Shown here piece after piece: positions 26,036-35,400 of a DNA stretch of 64,000 nucleotides. Numbering within the stretch: the stretch's first letter is position 1; each line of letters starts with the position of its first letter. The notes below the pieces were generated by a model that searched no databases, was not told the origin of the DNA, and saw nothing but the letters and a program-made list of their open reading frames with translations. The DNA is from Methanobacteriota archaeon (lineage in GTDB: Archaea; Thermoplasmatota; Thermoplasmata; SG8-5; JAGLSY01). Location: NCBI GenBank assembly GCA_020697715.1, contig JAEHCO010000001.1, positions 544,001 through 608,000 on the forward strand, in the 5' to 3' direction. A program made the translations under genes and the position numbers.

Positions 26036-27228
26036 TCGGCGTATCAAAACTATTGTTAGGAGCGGAGAGCGAGTCGGACGGGCTCAGATATGGGGATGCC
26101 AAGGAAGGCGGACCAGAGCAGATCAAACATCACCACGGAGCGGTGAAATCGAACAAACCCATTGTGGTCTGGAACATGACGAATCGATGCAATCTGAAAT
26201 GTGTTCATTGTTATGCCGAGGCAACCACTCAAACAGCCGAGGGCGAGCTCAGCACGGAAGAGGCAAAGAGATTCATCAAAGATGTGGCTGAATACAATGC
26301 GCCAGTGCTTCTCTTCTCGGGTGGCGAGCCTTTCATGAGGGATGACTTATTCGAATTGGCCAGATATGCGAAATCACTGGGTCTCCGACCTGTGATTTCT
26401 ACTAATGGAACACTGATCACCGAAGATAAGGCGAGGCAGGCCAAAGAGGCCGGCATCATGTACATTGGGGTTTCACTGGATGGACTGAAAGATGTGAATG
26501 ACAAATTCCGAGGAGTGGATGGGGCCTTCGACAGGGCTGTCGAAGGAATGAAGAATTGCCTCAAGGTGGGACAGAAGACCGGACTCAGATTCACGATAAC
26601 CCAGCATAATAAGGACGACCTGGAGGGGGTGCTCCTCAAGCTCAAGGAGATCGGGGTAAGCAGATGCTGCGTGTACCATCTGGATTATACTGGAAGGGGC
26701 AAGGAGATACAGGAACTGGACCTGAGCCACGAAGAGACCAGAAAAGCGATGAGCACTTATTTCGATCTTACAAAAAAGCACCATGATGATGGGTATCTGA
26801 TAGAGACTCTGCTTGTTGGCAATTACGCGGATGCTGGCTACCTTTATCTCACACTGAAGGATGAGGACCCAGAGAGAGCGGAATGGGCTTACAGTCTGCT
26901 AAAAAGGAACGGTGGCGATGGTACAGGGCAGACAATAGCGGATGTCGACCACCTTGGCAGGGTGCATGCGAACCAGTTCTGGCAGCACTACAGCTTTGGA
27001 AATGTAAAGGAAAGAAAGTTCGGTGAGATCTGGGATGACATCTCAGACCCGGTCATGAATGGGCTGAAGAACAAGGACGATAAGATCACTGGCCGTTGTG
27101 CAAAGGATAACTGTCGGTTCTTCGAGATATGCAGGGGTGGATCAAGGGTCAGGTCTGAAGCTGTGGGAGATGTTTGGGGATCCGATCCAGCTTGCTATTT
27201 GACCGATGAGGAGATCAAGATAAGATAA
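26032..27228 (+). CDS. ahbC: Radical SAM Fe-coproporphyrin III synthase (AhbC/NirJ1-like)
   Basis: MIGVSKLL...LRYG, PIVVWNMTNRCNLKCVHC, YHLDYTGRG, QFW and DPACYLTDEEI. Confidence 0.9.
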   Translation: MIGVSKLLLGAESESDGLRYGDAKEGGPEQIKHHHGAVKSNKPIVVWNMTNRCNLKCVHCYAEATTQTAEGELSTEEAKRFIKDVAEYNAPVLLFSGGEPFMRDDLFELARYAKSLGLRPVISTNGTLITEDKARQAKEAGIMYIGVSLDGLKDVNDKFRGVDGAFDRAVEGMKNCLKVGQKTGLRFTITQHNKDDLEGVLLKLKEIGVSRCCVYHLDYTGRGKEIQELDLSHEETRKAMSTYFDLTKKHHDDGYLIETLLVGNYADAGYLYLTLKDEDPERAEWAYSLLKRNGGDGTGQTIADVDHLGRVHANQFWQHYSFGNVKERKFGEIWDDISDPVMNGLKNKDDKITGRCAKDNCRFFEICRGGSRVRSEAVGDVWGSDPACYLTDEEIKIR

Positions 27229-27262
27229 TTTCGCACTTAAAAGGGGAAATCATCTTATCTTG
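27216..27262 (+). terminator. Stem-loop overlapping the ahbC stop codon
   Basis: caagataagat (27216-27226) pairs with atcttatcttg (27252-27262), with additional imperfect inner pairing. Confidence 0.5.
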
Positions 27263-27401
27263 CCCTAATTATATATACCAAATCTCATTTCATCGATGTC
27301 TGATCAAATACTAATTTGGCCAAATTGCAAAGTGAGGTTATCGATGTATAGATCTCTGATCTTTACGTCGATACCTCGGCGATTTGGCTGAAAGCCAACA
27401 C

Positions 27402-27472
27402 GCCGAGGTAACATAGCGGCTATGTGGGGGCCTGCAGAGCCTCAAACGGGAGTTCAAATCTCCCCCTCGGCC
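27402..27472 (+). tRNA. tRNA-Cys(GCA)
   Basis: GCCGAGG/CCTCGGC acceptor, ACAT/ATGT D stem, GGGGC-CT-GCA-GA-GCCTC anticodon arm and GGGAG-TTCAAAT-CTCCC T arm. Position 73 reads C. Confidence 0.93.
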
Positions 27473-27611
27473 TTTTAATTTTTAATTGTTGATAGTCAGG
27501 CCGATAGCCTGCGACCAAAAGTCATCACAGATATCAGTAACGCTTTTGGTCTTGCTCGCAAGAAGACATCTAATTGCTGGCCTCCTTCTTGCTCGTTCCC
27601 CCTCGGCCCCA
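27461..27611 (+). repeat. 12-bp direct repeat of the tRNA-Cys 3' end flanking a 124-bp insert
   Basis: tccccctcggcc at 27461-27472 and 27597-27608. The second copy is followed by CCA and a T tract. Confidence 0.7.
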
Positions 27612-27676
27612 TTTTTATATTAAAATTAATCCTTATAATTAGGTTTATAACCCTCGGTAACATACCCTTTTAATCC

Positions 27677-29272
27677 ATGAAAGAGGAAGTTTTAGAGATA
27701 CTTACTGATCACGGCACACTCATAGAGCCAGATGCTGTAGATTTTATACTTTTACAGAAGGATCCAAAAGCTTTCATCAAGGATTTTCTCAATAAAAGAG
27801 AGGCACTGCCTCTTGTTCTCAGTTTGAAGGATTTCAGGACCACGGAATCCGTTCTCTCATATGCCCCGGAAGGATCGAAAGTGGAAGAGATAGGGGATGA
27901 TGAGATATCAGAAAATGAGCCACTGGAAGATATTTCAGAAGAGTCTCCAAAACCAGAAAATGATCATGGGTCACCAGATATTGTGGAAGAACAGACCCTG
28001 CTCACATCCAAGGCAGCTGCCACTCCGATCATGACAAAAAAGAGTGGCGCGATCATACTCACAGATATTACTGGCAATAGCACATGTGAAGGCAAGATAG
28101 ATAATTTTGCGCGATATTTCAAGGACAGATATGTCAGCCTGAGCAGGATAGTCCGCCAGTGGCAGAGGATGCGATCGGCCGTTCCCATCAATAAAGCACT
28201 TAAAAAAGAGGAAGAGGTCAAAGTCATCGGCATGATAAGTGATATCAATAAGACAAAGAACGACCATACCATTATCACGATCGAGGATGCCTCTGGTAAG
28301 ATGGATGCCCTGATATTGAAAAGTAGTCCATGCTCTTCGATATCATTGGTACAGGATGAGGTCATCGGGATCATTGGCCAGACAAAGAAAAGCAAAGGAG
28401 GCTTCAAGGACAATGATATGATGCTATTTCCTGATGAGATAGTCAAGCCAGATATTCCGGTGAATCGTTCTCCAAGAAGAGCCTCTGAGGATATCGAGGC
28501 TCTATTCATCTCCGATGTGCATGTTGGTAGTAAGCATTTTTTGGATAAGGAATGGGATCGTTTCATGGACTGGCTGGCTGATGACGACAATGTATCGAAG
28601 ATAAAATATATGATCATTGCAGGGGATGTGGTCGATGGAATTGGTGTATATCCAAATCAAAAAGAAGAGCTCACCATCCCGAACCTGATGGAGCAATATA
28701 CTGAGCTTGGTCGATTGCTTGAAAAAGTGCCAGAGCATATTGAGATGATAATCCAACCAGGTAATCATGATGCTGTTAGGCCAGCCGAGCCTCAGCCTGC
28801 TTTTGATGATGACATAAAAAGTAGATTCAATGCCGATCTAAATATTCGATTTGTCGGCAATCCCTGTTACATGACATTGGAGGGAGTGAATGTCCTTTCA
28901 TATCATGGAAGAAGTGTGGATGATCTTATCGGGGATGTTCCCCAGCTTACATATCAAACCCCGATACTCGCGATGAAGGAAATGCTCAAGAGAAGGCATA
29001 TGGCCATCACCTATGGCGGCAAGACTCCCATAGCTCCTGAGGACAAGGACTATATGATAATCAACCCGGTTCCTGACATATTCGTGACAGGCCATGTTCA
29101 CGGCTCGGGTGTCGATACATATCGGGGTGTGAAGCTGATAAGTGCATCTGCCTGGCAATCACAAACCCCATTTCAATCCATTCATAATTTTCACCCTGAT
29201 CCGGCCAAAGTAGTTTGCGTGAATTTGATGACTGGATCACATAAGATACTGGATTTCACCACACCCGAATGA
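27677..29272 (+). CDS. DNA polymerase D small (exonuclease) subunit DP1
   Basis: OB fold, then SDVHVGS, GDVVDGIGVYP, PGNHD, YHGRS and GHVH calcineurin-like motifs. Confidence 0.95.
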   Translation: MKEEVLEILTDHGTLIEPDAVDFILLQKDPKAFIKDFLNKREALPLVLSLKDFRTTESVLSYAPEGSKVEEIGDDEISENEPLEDISEESPKPENDHGSPDIVEEQTLLTSKAAATPIMTKKSGAIILTDITGNSTCEGKIDNFARYFKDRYVSLSRIVRQWQRMRSAVPINKALKKEEEVKVIGMISDINKTKNDHTIITIEDASGKMDALILKSSPCSSISLVQDEVIGIIGQTKKSKGGFKDNDMMLFPDEIVKPDIPVNRSPRRASEDIEALFISDVHVGSKHFLDKEWDRFMDWLADDDNVSKIKYMIIAGDVVDGIGVYPNQKEELTIPNLMEQYTELGRLLEKVPEHIEMIIQPGNHDAVRPAEPQPAFDDDIKSRFNADLNIRFVGNPCYMTLEGVNVLSYHGRSVDDLIGDVPQLTYQTPILAMKEMLKRRHMAITYGGKTPIAPEDKDYMIINPVPDIFVTGHVHGSGVDTYRGVKLISASAWQSQTPFQSIHNFHPDPAKVVCVNLMTGSHKILDFTTPE

Positions 29273-29273
29273 T

Positions 29274-29726
29274 CTATTTCACTTCACCATCGAGACTGAT
29301 CTCTCCAGTGATCACCCTTGTCGAGGCTATGGCCTTTCCATCATCCGCCAGTACGATATCGATCTCCACTATATCCAGGGGTTCCAGACCATTCTGCTCC
29401 CTTGCCCAGTTCATGGCATCGGCCATCTCCCTGGTGTTCTTGGATACCACGATAGCATCGTAATTGTATGTGGCTGCTGGCCCGAAGGGATCATTGATCT
29501 CTGTGATTGTGAAGCTCTTATCTCCAGAGAGCTTCATTGCTTCTTCCATCAATCTTTTTTCCCTGATCTCAAAAGGCTCGACAGCCACATTTCTGTATCT
29601 GCCAGCCATCTCATCCGAAGTTAGACCTATATGAATATAATCTCCAATCTCAAAGGCCTTTGCAAGTAGTTCTCTATGGCCTTTGTGGAAAACATTGAAG
29701 GTTCCTGCCACTGCCACTTTTTTCAT
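29274..29726 (-). CDS. coaD: Archaeal phosphopantetheine adenylyltransferase
   Basis: AGTFNVFHKGH (HxGH), GLTSD, DPFGPA, AIVVS and ASTRV..GEI. Confidence 0.85.
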   Translation of the reverse strand: MKKVAVAGTFNVFHKGHRELLAKAFEIGDYIHIGLTSDEMAGRYRNVAVEPFEIREKRLMEEAMKLSGDKSFTITEINDPFGPAATYNYDAIVVSKNTREMADAMNWAREQNGLEPLDIVEIDIVLADDGKAIASTRVITGEISLDGEVK

Positions 29727-29735
29727 TTGGAGTCC

Positions 29736-29927
29736 TCATACACCCGAGAACATGGTGAATACCATTATGGCCATCGCTATGAACATCATGATCATGAGCT
29801 GGTTCTTCTTCTTCTTCATCATCTCTCTATGATTCACATTGCATTCATCACTGCAAAAAGTATCATCGGCCGGTATGGCCTTGCCGCAGTTCCTGCAATG
29901 TTTATGCTGTAATAGTCTCTCTGCCAT
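29736..29927 (-). CDS. DUF2116-like Zn-ribbon membrane protein
   Basis: QHKHCRNCGKAIP..FCSDEC followed by a C-terminal TM helix. Confidence 0.85.
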   Translation of the reverse strand: MAERLLQHKHCRNCGKAIPADDTFCSDECNVNHREMMKKKKNQLMIMMFIAMAIMVFTMFSGV

Positions 29928-29987
29928 ATGTTAACCCGTTCCTTATGTCAATATGCTTCACTATATATTATAATTGTTTCAAATTCA

Positions 29988-30764
29988 TCATGCGCCGAAC
30001 AATTTACCAAAGATACCCTTTTTCTCTATCGTGGGTATCTGGGCCTTGATCTCTTCTCCTGTGGCTCCATCCATTATGAGCTCGTAGGTCTTGCCACCGT
30101 ATTCGTAGTTTATAAACCATATAGGCGCATGAAGGAATTCCGTATTCTTTATGTCGATCTGGGTGTCCATACTGGTAATATGATCGACCTCGGATGATAG
30201 AAGGAACTTGTGATGTTCTTTCACTTCCTGGCTAGCTATTTCTCCAGCCTCTTTCTCATCCAATTCCGAGTTCAGGAACTTTCCATCCTTGCTTAGCAAT
30301 GAAAGGTTAAAATCCGCCTTCCCTGATGCAGGTATCTGGTATGACGTTGTAGGAAAGAATGTCCCTCTTCTTCCCACGACCTTCCAATAATATATCTTCG
30401 TGAAATCTCCCTTCTTTTCAATATTCTGGCCAGTTCTTGTCATCACGCCTTCATAGGACGTCTTTGCTGAAATATTGATTATGAAAAATGGAAGGAACTT
30501 CAGGTCCGCATTCAGTATCTTCGATCTTCGGGCAAGGTCCGATGGTTTCAGGAATCCCTTTTTCATCCATGATTCCACTTCCTTAGCTATTGCTGAATTA
30601 TCGAATTTCGCAGAGATTATAGAATGCTTGAGGAAATATTTCTTTCCTACTGCCAGATTCACATCCGAACCGCAATATTCGCAGGTGATTATCGCCTCAC
30701 CTGCTTTGATCTTGAGCGGCGCGCCACAATCTGGACATCCTATCTCTTCAGCAATTTCTACCAT
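29988..30764 (-). CDS. Zn-ribbon-containing conserved protein
   Basis: CPDCGAPL..CEYCGS, FLPF and HAPIW..Y.Y.GK.Y...DGATG. Confidence 0.7.
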   Translation of the reverse strand: MVEIAEEIGCPDCGAPLKIKAGEAIITCEYCGSDVNLAVGKKYFLKHSIISAKFDNSAIAKEVESWMKKGFLKPSDLARRSKILNADLKFLPFFIINISAKTSYEGVMTRTGQNIEKKGDFTKIYYWKVVGRRGTFFPTTSYQIPASGKADFNLSLLSKDGKFLNSELDEKEAGEIASQEVKEHHKFLLSSEVDHITSMDTQIDIKNTEFLHAPIWFINYEYGGKTYELIMDGATGEEIKAQIPTIEKKGIFGKLFGA

Positions 30765-30769
30765 ATATA

Positions 30770-31564
30770 TCACCCCTCACTGCCATTATTAAGCTCACTC
30801 AGGACCATGGCCTTTGTCAAGGCTTTCTCTATTCCTTTATCAAATAGGTCAATCGGATATTTGGTATAATCATATTCCAATCTATGGTCTATGTCCATTA
30901 AGATCAATCCTTCTGGTGGGACTGGATATATAGCCAGCTTCTCATCATTTCCTTCAAGGGCACTTACGATCTTTTCAAGTTCCAGCTTGCCATCGTATAC
31001 ACTTAAAATGGTAGATACAAGTCGGCGTATCATCTGCCACAGAAAACGTCTGGCCTTGAGATCGAATATTATGAATCCATTCTCTTCATGAATTGAGATC
31101 TCATCAATGGCCAGCTTTGTTTTATCCATCTTTTTATCTGTTTTTGAGAAATGTTTGAACTCATGCTCTCCCAGGAATGTGTCTGATATGCGACTGAGCA
31201 TATCAGCATCATATCCACCTTTGTTAAGCATGAAATACCTGTACCATCGCTGATACGCATATCGAGGTTTGAAGTCCTCATCTACTTTGGCCATACCATA
31301 GAACACGATATCCTTCAGGTCTGAATTCAGTGCGGGGATGATCCCTCGCTCATCCACATCGGTCTCTATCACCAACACATTCCCGAGAGCACTGACGCCT
31401 TTGTCCGTCCTGCTTGCTGGGTAGAAGTTACCTTCAATATCCTTCACGATGCCTTCCTTTTTCATCGTGTGGATTATAGCCCCCTCGATAGTGGTATGAT
31501 CTGGCTGTCTGGCATAACCATCAAAGGCAGTCCCATCATAGGCGAATTTCAATGCGTACCTCAT
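30770..31564 (-). CDS. truA: tRNA pseudouridine(38-40) synthase
   Basis: AYDGTAFDGYARQP, SRTDKGVSA, FLWQMIRR and PPEGLIL. Confidence 0.95.
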   Translation of the reverse strand: MRYALKFAYDGTAFDGYARQPDHTTIEGAIIHTMKKEGIVKDIEGNFYPASRTDKGVSALGNVLVIETDVDERGIIPALNSDLKDIVFYGMAKVDEDFKPRYAYQRWYRYFMLNKGGYDADMLSRISDTFLGEHEFKHFSKTDKKMDKTKLAIDEISIHEENGFIIFDLKARRFLWQMIRRLVSTILSVYDGKLELEKIVSALEGNDEKLAIYPVPPEGLILMDIDHRLEYDYTKYPIDLFDKGIEKALTKAMVLSELNNGSEG

Positions 31565-31586
31565 GCGAAGGCTAAATGCGGTTGTC

Positions 31587-31594
31587 TTTATAAA
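31587..31594. promoter_or_regulatory. Palindromic TATA box shared by divergent truA and trmJ
   Basis: TTTATAAA lies exactly 22 nt from each start codon (31564 on minus, 31617 on plus). Confidence 0.65.
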
Positions 31595-31616
31595 TCAGAT
31601 TGCCTTCCCTCAGATC

Positions 31617-32330
31617 ATGACCGAGTTCTCCGTCATATTGGTACAGCCGAAGTTCGCAGGCAATATCGGGTCCATAGCCCGCTCTATGGCCAATTTCGGA
31701 ATTAAGGATATGATATTGGTCGATCCCTGTGAGCTTGGTGATGATGCTTATCGTTTTGCCAAACATGCCAGATACATCGTTGAAAATGCCAAGATAGTGG
31801 ATGACTTCTCCGCCGCAATAGATATGGTGGACATGGTAGTAGGCACTTCCGGTGTCCTCTCTGACAATGAGAGGAAGTTCAATCGTCACACAATGAACCC
31901 TAAGGAGTTTGCCGAACACATCCATGACAAGGATGGAAATATAGGACTAGTGTTTGGAAGAGAGGATCAAGGATTGTACAATGATGAAATATCCAAATGC
32001 GATCTCCTGGTCAATATACCGACATCTTCTGAATATCCAATAATGAACATTTCCCAGGCCGCCACGGTCATAATGTACGAGGTCGGAACTATGGGACAAA
32101 CGACCTCTTCTAAGCAAATGGCTAGATCCTCGGATAAGGAGACCCTTCACGCTCTATTTGATGAGATGTTGGAGGAGACCAATTATCCAAAGCACAAGAT
32201 GCCAAAGACCAAGGTGATGTTCCGTCGGATCATTACCCGGGCGGAGCTGACCAAGTGGGAATTCCACACACTGGCTGGGACAATTAGTCGGTCTAGTCGT
32301 ACTATACAGAGATTGAGGAAGCAGAAATAA
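31617..32330 (+). CDS. trmJ: TrmJ-family SPOUT RNA methyltransferase
   Basis: GNIGSIARSMANFG, VFGREDQGL and IPTSSEYPIMNISQA. Confidence 0.9.
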   Translation: MTEFSVILVQPKFAGNIGSIARSMANFGIKDMILVDPCELGDDAYRFAKHARYIVENAKIVDDFSAAIDMVDMVVGTSGVLSDNERKFNRHTMNPKEFAEHIHDKDGNIGLVFGREDQGLYNDEISKCDLLVNIPTSSEYPIMNISQAATVIMYEVGTMGQTTSSKQMARSSDKETLHALFDEMLEETNYPKHKMPKTKVMFRRIITRAELTKWEFHTLAGTISRSSRTIQRLRKQK

Positions 32331-32393
32331 GCCAAACCCTGATCTATAGCCCGCTTTGTTCACAATTAAAAATTAAAGAAAAATAGTAAAAGG

Positions 32394-32417
32394 GGGGAAG
32401 GCTGGATCGCCTTCCCC
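32394..32417 (-). terminator. GC stem-loop plus U-tract terminator of the 2078-aa surface protein gene
   Basis: ggggaaggc-tggatc-gccttcccc next to A-runs (T-runs on minus). The paralogous copy at 38856 has a compensatory pair. Confidence 0.75.
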
Positions 32418-32440
32418 ATTTTATTTTGGTTTTTACCAGA

Positions 32441-35400
32441 TCACTCTGTGACCAGATCGTCCGAAGATACGTCATCAGCTGGTCCTTCTGCTTCCGGCTC
32501 TGGTGTTTCCTCGGGTTCTGGGGCTGGTTCTGGTGCTTCCTCGACAGGTGGTGCTTCACCTTCAGGCTTCTTTCCCTTCATCATTGCCTGAAGCACGATT
32601 ATGACGACCAATATTATGATGATAATGATCCACATGAAGTCGTTTCCACCATCTCCATCTTCTGCATCATCATCGCCATCCACTGGTGTATCGTCGTCGT
32701 CATCGTCAACAACAACATCATCGTCGTCGTCATCGTCAACAACAACATCATCGTCGTCATCGTCAACAACAACATCATCATCGTCGTCCGTGCCATTGGT
32801 GTCATCAGTGTCGTCCGTGTCATCAATAGGCACAGTGGTGTTCAGAGCCGTCAGGAAACTGTCTGTGTGTGCGGTTCCCATATCATTGCCTGCCAGATCC
32901 ATCGCTCCTGCTCCTACGACAAAGGTATATTCTGTATCGTATCCCAACTCGTCAAATGATACAGTGACGTACCTGCCTGTTGTGTCCCATGTGAAGCCAG
33001 TGACATTGGTTCCCGCAACTGTGAATACAGATTCAACAGATGCCGTGTCCATTGCCTCGGTGAAGACGACTATCAGATCCCAGTCAAGTGGGACATCCTC
33101 CAATCCATCTCCAGGTGCTATTACCAGAACTTCAGGTGCTGTCATATCAACGACATTCACCCATGTGGTGAGTGTGTCCTCATTTCCAGCCGCATCCCAT
33201 ACTTTCAGAACCAGTGTGTGGTTGCCGAGTACGCTGAATGTGTGGTTCATGATGTCATTGGTTATTGTGACAACATTGGCTCCATCATTGAAGGTCCACT
33301 CATAGCCCACAATACCGACATTGTCAGTACTTGCGGATCCGTCCAAGGTAACTTCGGTTCCAGGTGCGACCGTCTGTCCATCACCATCTATTGCTGTTGG
33401 TGGCGTTATATCGAGCACGGTCACGGTGATCATGCTGGTACCTGTGAGACCTACTGCATCTTCCACGGTCAATGTCACATCATATGTTCCTGGCTCGGTG
33501 AAGTTATACACAACATCTGCTCCGTTCAAGGTCTGGGCAGTTCCATCATTGAAGGTCCATGTATAGCTCACGACACCGACATTGTCAGCTCCTGTTCCAT
33601 TGAAGGTCATGTTCGTGTCCTCATTGACCGTCATGTCCATACCTGCATCTGCTGTTGGAGGTGTGATGTCCAAGACAGTTATGACAACTATATCCGTATC
33701 TGTGTAACCTTCTGCATCGGTGACTGTCAGAGTGATGTCGTATACACCAGGCTCTGCGATCATGTAGTTCACTGTCTCACCGCTCAGCGCAAGTCCCAAT
33801 CCGGCATTGCTCCAGTCCCATGAAACTATGTAGAAATCATCTGTTGTTCCAGAGCCATCCAGGGTAAAGGTGGCATCTTCATCCACTGTCTGTGGTGGGC
33901 CTGCATCTGCCACTGGTGGTGTGGTGACATAGTCCAATATGATGACAACATCTTTTGTCGTGTCCATGATCGGCTGTGCGGTACCACTTGCTGGTGCTTT
34001 TGTTGCAGTGACATCATGTGCTGTGTAGTTTGTCTGTGTTGTGGATGTCTGGTAGTACTCATCAGAAACGATCCATCTAAGATATCCGTCATTGCCTGTC
34101 ACTCCGCTTGCGAGTATCTGTGTGCCAAATGCATCCCAGACATCTATCAAAGTGCTAGGCAGCCCGAATCCAGTTCCCTGCTGCTCTGCCTTGACGTGCA
34201 TGTACCATTTCAGAAGCAATGTTGAGCTTATGCCTGCTGTGACCGTCGCATTGCCAGCACAGTCCATCCACCATCCAGCAGCACTCATCGTGGTACCGGA
34301 AATATCTGTTCCGGCTCCACCACTGTGAGCGGAGAGGATGGTTATGGATGATTCAAATCCCTGTGTTGGAGAGTAGATCACGAACTCTGTTCCAGTCCAT
34401 GTTACCGTGACGCCTGCAATACCTGCGCCGATTATGGCATTTCTAATATCAAGAGCTACATCATTCATCAAGACAGCACCAGCGAAGCTGAAAGGTCCGA
34501 CATCTACTGATGTACCATCAATGGTTATGTTGAATGTAGCATTGGTGATAAGGGCCCAGGCACTGACATTTGTCTCAGGGTTCGAGCCTCCTGTCAGGTA
34601 TGCGGACATATCATTGAGATACACACTATCTTTGTTGAAGTACGTGTTCAGAGCTGTGACATCAGTGATACCATCAAGATCCAGTTCATAATCCGCATCT
34701 GGGTTGTCGAAGGTACAGTTCTCCATGTAGATGACGGCATTGAATGCCTCTATTCCATTTGAAGAACCAACATCTCCATTGTAGTCATTGGCATTGTCGA
34801 TTATGTTACATTCCATTATGTTGCTGGTCACAGTTCCCATATCGGAGTTCAGGTAGATACCGTTGTAGTAGTTGCCTATGATGTCACAGTTGATTATATC
34901 GACATATGAATCATTGTAAGCACTTGCATATATTCCGGCTCCGCGGTTATCGATGATAGTAGCATCCTGGATCAATGCATTGAGGGTATTTCCTGCCTGC
35001 AATGATAATCCATTTCCATATGCGGGTTCTGTAGTGTAGGAATCGCAGTAGAACGCATTTTGCAGTGTTCCTCCGATGAAATCAAAGGTCAGGTTGTTGT
35101 TAGCACCAACAGCCAGGGCGGATCCTACTGCTCCTGGACCAAATATGTTGTTGCTCATGTGGAGTATGACGTCATCGGTGAGGATGCCATTGCTCTCACA
35201 CTCGTACCCTATCCTTACTCCAAGGTCGTAGATATCATCTTCATTTCCAGTCATGATGAATGCCTGCATTACATTGTCGTTCATGACCACGTCAACAAGG
35301 TCGGTCGCGGACATTCTCAATATCTGTCCACCATAGTTATATTCATTTGTGTTCACAACTATGTTATTACCGCTGATCGTTCCCTTAACGACCTCCGCTG

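Noticed and set aside
14603-27401. Autonomous provirus or integrative element at the tRNAs
   Set aside because: No integrase, transposase, capsid or replication gene is in the interval; only att-like scars are visible.
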